From Nostoc sp. (GTDB taxonomy: Bacteria > Cyanobacteriota > Cyanobacteriia > Cyanobacteriales > Nostocaceae), in the NCBI RefSeq assembly GCF_036917535.1, contig NZ_JBALDA010000031.1, positions 1,242 through 65,241 on the forward strand: DNA of 64,000 nucleotides. Direction: 5' to 3'. The notes beneath the pieces are model-generated. The model did no database searches and was not told the DNA's origin. It saw only the letters and a list, made by a program, of their open reading frames with translations. Both the position numbers and the translations under genes were made by a program. This document shows positions 50,596-60,689 of the stretch, in pieces (within the stretch, counting starts at the first letter, position 1; each line of letters begins with the position of its first letter).

Positions 50596-50907
50596 TTAGC
50601 GAGCATTACGTTCACAAACTAAAACCTCTGCTATGATATCCGGCACATTTACAAAGTCTGTAAATCCTTCAGAACCAACGATTGGTGAAATAAATGTATA
50701 GTTTGGATCGCACACTCCATTGTCATATACTTGAATAAACCACCTATCAGGAAATCCTTCTATACCTAGTTCCACAGTGTACCAACTCTCGCCAATCAGA
50801 CGAGAGTTAAAGATTGTGAACCACTCTCTGTTCTCTTCTGAAATATTCCAGTCTGCCATGAGCAGTTCTAAAGCTATTTGTCCCGCATCCGTTGAAGTCA
50901 ACAACAT
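50596..50907 (-). CDS. Hypothetical protein
   Basis: Acidic Trp-rich 103-aa ORF starting 3 bp after the upstream stop; GGAG RBS. Confidence 0.7.
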   Translation of the reverse strand: MLLTSTDAGQIALELLMADWNISEENREWFTIFNSRLIGESWYTVELGIEGFPDRWFIQVYDNGVCDPNYTFISPIVGSEGFTDFVNVPDIIAEVLVCERNAR

Positions 50908-50909
50908 TT

Positions 50910-51191
50910 TTACTCCTTATTTGCAACTTCAGGATTTGCAACTTCAGTATTAGGAACTTCCGGGTATAAACCTAATTCTTTAGCTAGCTCGCGCGCCACA
51001 AAAAATAAAAATTGGGCACCATCTTGATTGCCTTCATGGGCAAACATAGTTGCTACTTGTAACATTGTTTCTACTAAACCGGAATCAATCAATTCGGGTT
51101 TAGATTCCAAAATTTCTGGTTCTTGACCATTAGGACATCTGAGTAACTCATCTATCAGATTAAAATACAGACTTTGACGTTGTTCTGTCAT
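50910..51191 (-). CDS. Hypothetical protein
   Basis: LLRCPNGQEPEIL pattern, which I recognise as typical of small cyanobacterial conserved proteins. Confidence 0.7.
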   Translation of the reverse strand: MTEQRQSLYFNLIDELLRCPNGQEPEILESKPELIDSGLVETMLQVATMFAHEGNQDGAQFLFFVARELAKELGLYPEVPNTEVANPEVANKE

Positions 51192-51226
51192 GGTAATTTT
51201 CTTGATTTTAGTAAATTGTCAATAAG

Positions 51227-51649
51227 TTACTGTTCGATACTTTGGTGCCACAGTCTTTCCAACATTTCAACTTGTTCTTTTAAAACAGCAGCACGATGAA
51301 CAAGATATCTGTCGTAAAAAAGAATCCCTAACCCAACACAAATCGGGGTTAACAAGAAGAACCATTGCAGGATAGTGGTAAATTTATATTGTTCAGCAAC
51401 AGTAAGCATTTGATGAACCACATTACGATCGGAGGATTGAATGTTAGTCTGAGGGGAATGTGTACCCTCTGTGTAGGGAACCAAGGCAGGAGCATCTGTA
51501 GTCGTGTTGTTAACTTCGCAAGCTAAATTCTGAGATTTTACTAACTCCAGGTGTCGCTCCCAAACGATGCCAAATACTACTAGTTCTGGTGAAAGCACTG
51601 CTAAAGTAACGACGCAAACTGTGAGAACATTTAAAAGTTTGGCTTTCAT
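51227..51649 (-). CDS. Hypothetical membrane protein
   Basis: Two hydrophobic segments; GGAGAG RBS. Confidence 0.7.
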   Translation of the reverse strand: MKAKLLNVLTVCVVTLAVLSPELVVFGIVWERHLELVKSQNLACEVNNTTTDAPALVPYTEGTHSPQTNIQSSDRNVVHQMLTVAEQYKFTTILQWFFLLTPICVGLGILFYDRYLVHRAAVLKEQVEMLERLWHQSIEQ

Positions 51650-52657
51650 CTTGGCTCTCCCTTGCTAGGTAGTATGCACCCAGTAAGAAAATATCTTTTG
51701 CTGTTTATTTAAAGTAGTTGTATATTTCTACCTATCAAACAGTTTTGATATTAAAATATGTGTAATCGGTAATTTTCAGTTATTTTTCTCATTACCACTG
51801 ATCCCTGACTTATAAAAAGTTACCAACCTTTTCCCAAACAAACATAGAATTATTCAGTCAGAAGTAACGCACTTAGATTCGGTAATCTGGTTTCATCCTA
51901 CTTTCAAAAGAGAGATTAAGAAGTCCCCCCTAGTTCACTAAGCTTGCGCTCAGGAATGTTGGGGGGTAGAGGGGAATCTCTGCGTAAATCCTATACGATT
52001 TATATCAGCCGCTCTCCACAAAACAGTTTACCCCAGCCCTGTTAAGATTATTAAATTCATTAGAATAGTACTCAAAGCCTATAAGCCTCACCTAATAAGT
52101 ATTTTAAAAATTAATTGGGGTATGGGTGCTAGTGTTTTTCGGATGGGGTTCTAGTATTTCCGAGGTGGGGTTCTGATGTTTTTGCACTCAACTTTAAAGC
52201 AATGTAGGCAATGGTTAAAGACTATTTACGATGTAATTTTGGACTGATAAAATCTGTACTCAGAATAAAATATCAATGTCTCTTGATAAAGATAGACTAA
52301 GAAATCAGGAAAAGCAATTAAATATTTTAAAAATCAATTATTATATTTTACTAACGAATATAAAATAAAGAAAAATATTTATATATACAGAATTACAAAA
52401 AAATTGAATCTTAGCCCAAAAGATAATAGTTAGCAATTCCAAATGCTAAAATAGAAGAATGATAAGCTAGCCTCTTCTCAAGTGAGAATCAATGGGAATA
52501 TCTAATAAAAGTTCTTCCTAAGCTTTCGTATTGTGTGGTTAAGTTAGAATACATACTATATGCACTCATTGGCATGAAACGGCAAAATAAATACATCAAA
52601 GCTTATTGTTATAAGTAAATATTCTGTACTAAGATTTAGGATTTTAGGAGTTAAATA

Positions 52658-53617
52658 ATGCGGATTGCTCAAGACGTAACAGAACTGATTGGACGAACAC
52701 CTTTAGTTCAACTGAACAAGATTCCTCAAGCTGAAGGAGTAGTTGCAAGGATAGTTGTTAAATTAGAAGGCATGAACCCAGCGGCTTCGGTGAAAGACCG
52801 CATCGGGTTAAGTATGGTACTCTCGGCGGAAGCCGCTGGCTCAATTTCTCCAGGAAAGACCATTTTAGTTGAGCCTACTTCAGGTAATACAGGAATTGCT
52901 CTAGCAATGGTAGCAGCAGCGCGTGGCTACCGTTTGATTTTGACCATGCCAGAGACTATGAGCCAAGAACGACGCGCTATGCTGAGAGCTTATGGTGCTT
53001 CTTTGGAGTTGACACCAGGAACTGAGGGTATGCGGGGAGCAATTCGCAAAGCCGAAGAAATTGTGGCTAATACTCCTAATGCTTTTATGCTGCAACAGTT
53101 CCGCAACCCTTCTAATCCCAAAGTTCACCAAGAAACCACCGCCGAAGAAATTTGGGCAGATACAGACGGGGAAGTAGATATCGTCATTGCTGGGGTAGGT
53201 ACTGGTGGAACGATTACTGGGATTGCAGAAGTACTCAAACAGCGCAAGCCGACTTTTAAGGCGATCGCAGTTGAACCCAGCAATAGCCCAGTCCTCTCTG
53301 GTGGTGAAGCCGGGCCACATAAAATTCAAGGTATTGGGGCCGGATTTATCCCAGATGTTCTCCGCCTAGAATTGGTTAATGAAGTAATTAGAGTCAGTGA
53401 TGAACAAGCGATCGCCTATGGGCGACGTTTGGCAAAAGAAGAAGGCTTATTGTCTGGCATATCCTCTGGTGCAGCTTTGTGTGCCGCAATTCAAGTAGGT
53501 AAACGTCCAGAAAATGCCGGACGTTTAATCGTGATGATTCAGCCTTCCTTTGGCGAACGTTATCTCAGCACACCCATGTTTCAAGATTTGTCTCTAGAAA
53601 CCGCTGGCGTGCGTTAA
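52658..53617 (+). CDS. cysK: Cysteine synthase A
   Basis: [22 protein letters not shown] and [11 protein letters not shown] motifs. Confidence 0.97.
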   Translation: MRIAQDVTELIGRTPLVQLNKIPQAEGVVARIVVKLEGMNPAASVKDRIGLSMVLSAEAAGSISPGKTILVEPTSGNTGIALAMVAAARGYRLILTMPETMSQERRAMLRAYGASLELTPGTEGMRGAIRKAEEIVANTPNAFMLQQFRNPSNPKVHQETTAEEIWADTDGEVDIVIAGVGTGGTITGIAEVLKQRKPTFKAIAVEPSNSPVLSGGEAGPHKIQGIGAGFIPDVLRLELVNEVIRVSDEQAIAYGRRLAKEEGLLSGISSGAALCAAIQVGKRPENAGRLIVMIQPSFGERYLSTPMFQDLSLETAGVR

Positions 53618-53620
53618 AAA

Positions 53621-53655
53621 GACAGGGAGGCTAGAGATTAACAAACCTCCCTGTC
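53621..53655. terminator. Hairpin right after cysK
   Basis: gacagggagg / cctccctgtc perfect 10-bp stem. Confidence 0.55.
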
Positions 53656-53727
53656 CTGATCATTTGGCTCTTACATAAATTAAGGCAACTTACCTTTTGA
53701 GGTGCGATCGGATCTCATATTACATTA

Positions 53728-54161
53728 CTAGTACAGCATGGCGTAAATAAACTACCCCTACCCTTCGGGAACGCCAAGGGCGAACGGGTGACGCTCTCTA
53801 CCAGACGCTGCGTGTAGCTTGCAACTCTTACAGAGTACGCAGGCTCGCTCTAAGCGTTCGCGTAGCGTCTCGAAGAGAAGCCATGCCGTTGGCGTACCAC
53901 TTCGTGGAAGCAAGCTAGCAAGAGCGTGTCGCAGACAAGCCTCTCGTTCGCGTAGCGTCTCCCCTTGGGAGAAGAGAAGGCTTTACGCTGCGCTAATGGC
54001 AGTTCCTCATGGGGAGCCAGTGCGTTGGGCGGCTCTGCCGACTTGAAGCAACTGGCGTGGGAACCCCCTCTGAGCGACTGCCTCACCATTCAAAATCAAC
54101 CAAACGGTTATACTGCATTCGTTTTGAATTTCAAATTTTGAATTCCGGCTTGCGGTACTAG
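53728..54161. mobile_element. MITE-like shell containing a ~330-bp nest of small dispersed repeats
   Basis: Ends cta-gtacagcatggc / ggcttgcggtac-tag; GC-rich interior made of recognisable small repeats. Confidence 0.7.
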
Positions 54162-54602
54162 TGTTTCTAACTACTTCATATTCCCACGGCTGCGTAAATA
54201 TTGCTACGCTCATTTACCCTAAAAGCCGTGGTATTATTCTGTGAAACTTGCCTCTTACAGTTCATGCTTGCCCGAATTATAGATATAGCGCTTCTGGGTT
54301 GAGTGCAATACAGACCTAATAAGAACAGCCCCTAACCTTATAAAAAGATTTATTTTCTCCAAACTCTTGCTGTGTCGGTGGGTAAAGATTAACATATCTG
54401 TGGGCAGAAGCAATATCTTCTTAAATCAACCTTAATAACAGTGAAAACCTTGGGCTGTCTATTTTAAATCTTGTTTAGCACCAGTTAAGCTTATCTGCAT
54501 ATAGTGACTTAAGACCATTACCTGCTAGGTTATAAATCAGTACAGACTATACTATAGACAATTTACTCAAAACTCTTTCCGGCTTTAAAATCAGAGGTAT
54601 CA

Positions 54603-55298
54603 ATGATTATAACTAATTTTAGCAAACAAAGAAATGAATTTAAGGAATCTAAAGTACTCAAAGCTAAACCACATTGGCAAGGGCAAAATTTGAGTGATAC
54701 TGCTGTCAAAGGTAAAGATACCAAGATGCGAGATCCTGCACCTGATAGTTTGATTTTGAATAACTTAAATCGCGGTCGAGTTGCTATTTTTATTGATGGC
54801 TTAAGCCTGTTCCATACAGCCTTACAACTCGGCATAGAAATTGACTACGTTAAATTGCTTTGTCATTTAACCAGCGGTTCCAGACTGTTGCGTGCTTTTT
54901 TCTATACTGGAGTTGATATCAGTAATGAAAAGCAACAGGGTTTTTTATTGTGGATGCGTCGTAATGGCTATCGCGTAGTGGCAAAGGAACTCGTTGTACC
55001 AAGCGAGAATTTCAAAAAATCAAATCTGAACGTAGAAATTGCTGTAGATATGATAACTTTAGCTCCTTACTACGATACAGCGGTTTTAGTTAGTGGCGAT
55101 GGAGATTTAGCTTATGCTGTAAACGCTGTCAGCAGAATGGGGGTTCGGGTGGAAGTAGTCAGTCTGCAAACAACGACTAGTGAAAGTTTGATTGATGTTG
55201 CTGACTGCTTCATTGACCTCGATAGTATTAAAGTACACATTCAAAAAGATTCTAATCTTGGCTATAGTTATCGCACAGCCTCAAATTTAAACCTCTAA
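54603..55298 (+). CDS. NYN/LabA-DUF88 domain protein
   Basis: AIFIDG, RAFFYTG, VEIAVDM and VLVSGDGDL motifs. Confidence 0.88.
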   Translation: MIITNFSKQRNEFKESKVLKAKPHWQGQNLSDTAVKGKDTKMRDPAPDSLILNNLNRGRVAIFIDGLSLFHTALQLGIEIDYVKLLCHLTSGSRLLRAFFYTGVDISNEKQQGFLLWMRRNGYRVVAKELVVPSENFKKSNLNVEIAVDMITLAPYYDTAVLVSGDGDLAYAVNAVSRMGVRVEVVSLQTTTSESLIDVADCFIDLDSIKVHIQKDSNLGYSYRTASNLNL

Positions 55299-55398
55299 TT
55301 AAAAAGAGGCAAAGAGTGAGAGACACAGGGACGTATAAAAGATATCTCTATGTCTTTGTGTCTTTGCTTTGCCCATTTTGCTCGACCCTATATTTCAG

Positions 55399-56109
55399 AT
55401 GGATATTTTAATAGTTGAAGATGAACCAGAAATTGCTCATTTAATCGAACTCTCTTTAGAAAAAGAAGGATTTTTTTGTCGCACTAGCCGCGATGGGATG
55501 AATGCTTTGCGGATATTTCAAGAGCAACAACCTGATTTAATCATTCTAGATTTAATGATTCCTGGTTTGGATGGGTTGGAAGTTTGTGCCCGAATTCGCC
55601 AGAAACCAGGTGCCAAAGATCCTTACATTTTAATGCTTACTGCTAAGGGTGAAGAAATTGATCGCGTCATCGGTCTATCTACTGGTGCTGATGATTATAT
55701 GGTCAAACCCTTTAGCCCCAGAGAGTTGGTAGCTAGGGTGCGGGCACTATTACGGCGTAGCCTCCGCCAAGGGGGACAACATCAAGTCAATCGTACCCAA
55801 CACTTTATTGTCGATGTAGACCAGCGCACTGCCAGTCGTCAGATGAATTCTCAAGAAGTTGAAATTTTGGACTTAACTACTCTAGAATTTAACTTGCTAA
55901 CCACCTTTGTCAGTAATCCTGGTCGAGTTTGGAACCGCACTCAACTAATTGATAAACTTTGGGGAGATAATTTTTTTGGCGATGAACGAGTTGTAGATAC
56001 TCATGTAGCTCGGTTGCGAAAAAAGATTGAACCCGATCCGGCAAATCCTACTTTTATTAAAACTGTTGTTGGGGTGGGCTATAAATTTGAAGATCCTTTG
56101 GTAACGTAA
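55399..56109 (+). CDS. OmpR-family response regulator
   Basis: IVEDEP, LDLMIPGLDG, GADDYMVKPF, VDTHVARLRKK and GVGYKF motifs. Confidence 0.93.
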   Translation: MDILIVEDEPEIAHLIELSLEKEGFFCRTSRDGMNALRIFQEQQPDLIILDLMIPGLDGLEVCARIRQKPGAKDPYILMLTAKGEEIDRVIGLSTGADDYMVKPFSPRELVARVRALLRRSLRQGGQHQVNRTQHFIVDVDQRTASRQMNSQEVEILDLTTLEFNLLTTFVSNPGRVWNRTQLIDKLWGDNFFGDERVVDTHVARLRKKIEPDPANPTFIKTVVGVGYKFEDPLVT

Positions 56110-56114
56110 ATATT

Positions 56115-57203
56115 ATGAAGATGGGGCTGAGAGGGCGCCTATTTTTCTCCCACTTAGTAGTAATGATCGTGGGGGTAGCTAGTCTGGTGAGTATCAGCAA
56201 AATCTCTTCCCCCCGCTTGTTTGTCTTGCATTTGGAAGGATTAGAAAATCAGGGATTCGACTTAATCGATGTCCGTGCTGAATTGGTGACAGGATTTGAA
56301 CTTGCTTGGCAGCGAAGCACTCTTTGGTCAGTCTTAGTCGGCACTACCGCCGCCGGAGGATTGAGTTACTGGGTGTCCAGACGGATTATGCAGCGATTGA
56401 CCGAGATGGAACAAATCACCCAAAAATTTGCTGCTGGTCAGATGGATGCACGACTACCTGTGTCTGACATTCCAGAACTTAGTGGACTGAGTACCAGTTT
56501 CAACCGAATGGCAGCTAGTTTAGAAGGGGTAGAAGCGCGGCGGCGAGAAGTGATTGGAGATATGACCCATGAACTCCGAACACCATTAACTGTAGTGCGC
56601 GGTTACTTGGAAGAACTGGCTGATGGGGAAATTGAAGCGTCTCCTGAAATCTATCGGCGTTTAGCTAAAGAAACTCGACGCTTAGAACGGTTAGTGAACG
56701 ATTTACAAGAATTATCTAAGGCAGAAGCTGGTTATCTACCAATTAATATCCAACGGGTAAATTTACGTCCGTTGTTAGAGTCATTAGTGGAGAAATTTAC
56801 CGACCAACTATTAGAAGATGGGCCAGTTCTGCTCTTGCAATGTCCGTCTGTGCTACCTCCTGTATTGGCAGATATTGACCGGACAGAGCAGGTATTGGTT
56901 AATCTGCTAGGTAATGCAGTACGTTATACTTACCAAGGTTCAATTACCATTAGTGTTGGGATTGAAGCATCTCAACTCTGGATTGCAGTTAGTGATACAG
57001 GCATTGGTATCGCTCCAGAAAATTTGCCTCATGTATTTGAGCGCTTCTGGCGAGCTGACCAATCGCGCGATCGCCATTCGGGAGGTACTGGTATTGGTTT
57101 AACCATTTCCCGCCGTTTGATTGAACTACAAGGCGGTCAAATTCAGGTAGAAAGTGAATTGGGAGTTAGTAGTACGTTTCGCTTTTTTCTGCCTTTGGCT
57201 TGA
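56115..57203 (+). CDS. Sensor histidine kinase (HAMP, HisKA)
   Basis: HELRTPL, NLLGNA, DTGIG and GTGIGL motifs. Confidence 0.93.
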   Translation: MKMGLRGRLFFSHLVVMIVGVASLVSISKISSPRLFVLHLEGLENQGFDLIDVRAELVTGFELAWQRSTLWSVLVGTTAAGGLSYWVSRRIMQRLTEMEQITQKFAAGQMDARLPVSDIPELSGLSTSFNRMAASLEGVEARRREVIGDMTHELRTPLTVVRGYLEELADGEIEASPEIYRRLAKETRRLERLVNDLQELSKAEAGYLPINIQRVNLRPLLESLVEKFTDQLLEDGPVLLLQCPSVLPPVLADIDRTEQVLVNLLGNAVRYTYQGSITISVGIEASQLWIAVSDTGIGIAPENLPHVFERFWRADQSRDRHSGGTGIGLTISRRLIELQGGQIQVESELGVSSTFRFFLPLA

Positions 57204-57603
57204 GTTGAGCCATAAAACCTTGAAATCCCAGGGATTGACACAAGGTAGTCACGGCTGTGTCATACCCAATTGCTAATTTGAAAGTATCCAAAATTTTAGC
57301 ATGTTGATGGATGCCGAGATTTTGGAAGTGCATAGAGTATAATATTATGTCTACTTTTATTTTGGCTGCTTTTTTGGTTAGTTTACTGAGCTTTTCGGGT
57401 TACGCTGCGATCGCCTACCTGTTCCCTCAAAATCGTTCCCAAGACTGACCAATTAACAATTCAAAATTCTTCGCACAGTGTCTTGTAAAGAAGAGAGTTT
57501 CAAACTCTTATTTAAACCCCAATTGTAGCAAGATCTCCAGGGTAACTTAACAACAAGTGTTTACCCTGGTGGTTAACAGTGTGCTGTAACTAAATGGGAA
57601 CAC

Positions 57604-57819
57604 ATGGGTTTGTACATCTTTTTCTTGCCAGCATACTGCTCAAAGATGAACCCAATTGAATTAGAGTGGCAACATCTTAAAAAAGATGAACTCTGTGGGC
57701 AAATATTTGATGATGAGCTAGACCTCGCTTACGCCGTAATTGACGGTATCAAAGCTAGGGGAGAAAAAGATAACTACAGTACACAACGTGTAAAATTTAA
57801 CTCTAATTTCTCTAGTTAA
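57604..57819 (+). pseudogene. IS630-family transposase C-terminal remnant
   Basis: FLPAYCSKMNPIELEWQHLK motif; the rest of the transposase is absent. Confidence 0.75.
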
Positions 57820-58114
57820 ATTTTCATTACATAATTCGAGAGTCTTGGGATGGTAAAATGTATACCTCTACGACGCAGATAATTACGGATTCTACGATCC
57901 TCTTAATCTGCTATCGCTTGTGACGATTTTGCAGCAGTAGCAGCAGATTCGTTAAAAGAGACAATTATGTATCAAGTTTCTGTTGAAAAAATTTCAGGAT
58001 AAGTCATAGATTTAAATAGATGAATTTATCCATGACTGATTTAATTACCAAACAACAAATTTTTATAGGAGACGATATCCCTACTTGCCTGCATAAATTG
58101 ACAAAAAGCGTAAT

Positions 58115-58750
58115 TTGCTTGATTGGAGGAATTCAATGAGTCGTCCACCATTGTTAGACCCAAATCGCTCGTATACTTTTAGCAATTACTTTGAATTAGG
58201 GTTTGCAGTTGATGATTTAGTAGCTGAATTTGGTTATTCATTCGAGCGTAAATTTTTGGAATTACCACAATATTCAGGCTCATTAGACAGACTTGCCGAA
58301 CTAAAACAACGGATTGAAGAAGTATTACCTTTTGTGGATTTAGAAAACGAAGCTACTCGCCGGGAAATTTTCATTGCGCCGATTGTTACTGATTTAATTC
58401 ATTATTCCCACGCTAAATTACGAATAGAATACAATATTAAAGTTGATAACAAGCTCCAAGGGAATTTGGATTATTATCTGCGAACAACAACAAATTTAAT
58501 TGTGATTGAAGCCAAGCAAGCAGATATAAATAGGGGATTTATACAACTAGCGACCCAGATGATAGCTCTCGATAAATGGACAGATTCTACACAAGCTGAA
58601 ATATTGGGAGCAGTAACAACAGGTAATGTTTGGCAATTTGGTTTATTATACAGACAAAAACAAAGTATTGAACAAGCAATTAACCTTTATCGAGTGACTG
58701 AAGAATTAGAAGTTGTAGTCAGAACGTTGCTGGCTGCACTGATGAATTAA
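58115..58750 (+). CDS. PD-(D/E)XK-like hypothetical protein (likely start 58136)
   Basis: NEATRRE, GNLDY, IEAKQ and AVTTGNVWQF motifs. Confidence 0.75.
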   Translation: MLDWRNSMSRPPLLDPNRSYTFSNYFELGFAVDDLVAEFGYSFERKFLELPQYSGSLDRLAELKQRIEEVLPFVDLENEATRREIFIAPIVTDLIHYSHAKLRIEYNIKVDNKLQGNLDYYLRTTTNLIVIEAKQADINRGFIQLATQMIALDKWTDSTQAEILGAVTTGNVWQFGLLYRQKQSIEQAINLYRVTEELEVVVRTLLAALMN

Positions 58751-58996
58751 CCGCTAACTGGATAAAAATAAACTATACCTATAGGCCCAACCCGTACCGC
58801 TTTCACTTCATAAGTGGCTTCAATTCATGCTGGTTCGCGCACTAACTCTGTGATTTGTCTCTGAATTCATGGTTTGCCCTGTCTCTTCCGGTTTCGAGCG
58901 ATCGTTAGGCTCATTTAAGATTCGCTGTAATAACCGCAGCACTTTCTACTTGGTTTTTACTTAAAAAATAAATATTCAAATGTTCAAAGACAGAGT

Positions 58997-59428
58997 TTGC
59001 AAAGGCAAGTGACATGGTTTCTTTTAGCAGAATCCTTCGTCTTTTTATTTTCACCTGCGAATCTGTTTTCGTTAACGAATCCCTACACAATTTTATTATT
59101 GATTACGCTTGCAGGTAGTTTGCTAGCAAACTTTCTCTCTCCAGAGACAAAAGCGTTTCGAGCGGAGCAGAAATTGCAATCTAAAGATTTCAAGCATCCT
59201 AATAGTAATACAAAGACTATTATATCTAGCTGGATATCTGAGCCTGTACCAAGCCTAGAAAAATTTAAAGTATTGCTGGCTCAAGTAGTAACTAAGTCCA
59301 AGTCCAAATCCGAACCAATATCCGATCCAGTAATGAAGTTGGAACAATTAAAAAAAATGCAAGAGCAAGGAATAATTACTGAATCCGAGTTTGAAACAAA
59401 AAAGCGTGAAATACTTGATAAAATGTAA
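58997..59428 (+). CDS. Membrane protein with C-terminal SHOCT domain
   Basis: KLEQLKKMQEQGIITESEFETKKREIL. Confidence 0.7.
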   Translation: MQRQVTWFLLAESFVFLFSPANLFSLTNPYTILLLITLAGSLLANFLSPETKAFRAEQKLQSKDFKHPNSNTKTIISSWISEPVPSLEKFKVLLAQVVTKSKSKSEPISDPVMKLEQLKKMQEQGIITESEFETKKREILDKM

Positions 59429-59511
59429 AGAATACTGACTTCTAAGTTATTATTTATTAAAATAATTGGTAATTCGTAATTTAATTCTTAACTACGAATT
59501 ACAAATACGAA

Positions 59512-60393
59512 TTAGTTAATTTCCTTTCTCAATAATTCTGGAATTTGAGAAGGACGTTCAGCTACTGTCACTTTTGCTTCTTTTAAAGCAGCTAATTTAC
59601 TTTGGGCTGTGCCAAAGTCAGGAGCGCGTCCGATAACTGTTGCTAAAGTCCCGGTTTGGCGCCAACTTTTTCCTGGTGGTGCTTGTCTACCTGCAATATA
59701 GGCAATTACTGGTTTATCAATTGCCTCGGCAATGTACCGCGCTGCTGCTTCTTCACTATCACCACCAGGTTGACCGACTAAAACGATCGCTTGTGTGGTT
59801 TCATCTTCATCGAGAATTTGCAGCCATTGGAGAAAGGAGGAACCGACGATTGCATCACTACCAATACTGACACTAATCGACTGCCCTAAACCTGCTTTTG
59901 TTAATTCGTAGGCAATTTCGTAGGTGAGGGTGCTGCTACGACTAACGATCCCCACTGTCCCAGGAGTATAAAATTCGCTGGGTTGAGTCCCTAAGAGAAT
60001 TTTTCCCGGTACAATGATCCCCGGACTATTTGGCCCGATTACCAAGGTTTCATAAGCTTCGGCTTTGCGGAGTAATTGCACCATATCCAAAGGCGGCACA
60101 CCAGCAGTAATAATAATAATCTGGCGAATCTTAGATGCGATCGCTTCTAATGCTGCATCTAAAACGTCATAAGGATCTACACAAATAATTGTTGTGTCAA
60201 TTGCCCCAAATTGTTCTGTTACCTCCTCTACTAAATCCAATACTGGCAGTCCATGCAGTTCCTGTCCGCCGCATCCAGGATTAACACCAGCTACTAAATT
60301 TGTGCCATAAGCTTTCATTTGCTCGACATGAGTGCTTGATATAAATTCACAAAAGCCTTGAATTAAGACTTTACTTTCTGGCGTTAGGTTCAT
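59512..60393 (-). CDS. sucD: Succinyl-CoA synthetase alpha-like CoA-binding protein, divergent
   Basis: VAGVNPG, IGPNSPG, VSRS.TLTYE and GQS...SIG motifs; catalytic His motif replaced. Confidence 0.8.
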   Translation of the reverse strand: MNLTPESKVLIQGFCEFISSTHVEQMKAYGTNLVAGVNPGCGGQELHGLPVLDLVEEVTEQFGAIDTTIICVDPYDVLDAALEAIASKIRQIIIITAGVPPLDMVQLLRKAEAYETLVIGPNSPGIIVPGKILLGTQPSEFYTPGTVGIVSRSSTLTYEIAYELTKAGLGQSISVSIGSDAIVGSSFLQWLQILDEDETTQAIVLVGQPGGDSEEAAARYIAEAIDKPVIAYIAGRQAPPGKSWRQTGTLATVIGRAPDFGTAQSKLAALKEAKVTVAERPSQIPELLRKEIN

Positions 60394-60689
60394 AAAAAAT
60401 TACCGTAAGTTTGGCAACCCAGCGCCTTCAACCACTGGGCATAAAAACGACCATTTACAGTGTCGTATTGATTCAATTTTTACTTAAATTCCAAAAATTA
60501 GTGTGGAAGCTGAGTGTTCCAAAACTCAGAAAACCAGCCTCTAGCTAGGAATATTCAGTTTGAATGCACTATATAATTTAGTCCCAGAAAGCAAAGCTGT
60601 ACTTGATTTGAACATCAAATTTAAAAATTTATACCCGACGGTAAAAATTAATAATTTTTGATTTTTGAATTGTCACAAAATGACATTCA

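Noticed and set aside
52030-52200. ggggttct repeats and a possible IS end in the long spacer before cysK
   Set aside because: Only two short copies, with no partner end or transposase remnant identifiable
53819-54213. ORFs 53819-54046, 53850-54089 and 54007-54213
   Set aside because: They arise from GC-rich nested repeats and have no protein-like features
58770-58950. Possible degraded gene fragment on the minus strand
   Set aside because: Multiple stops and no recognisable family
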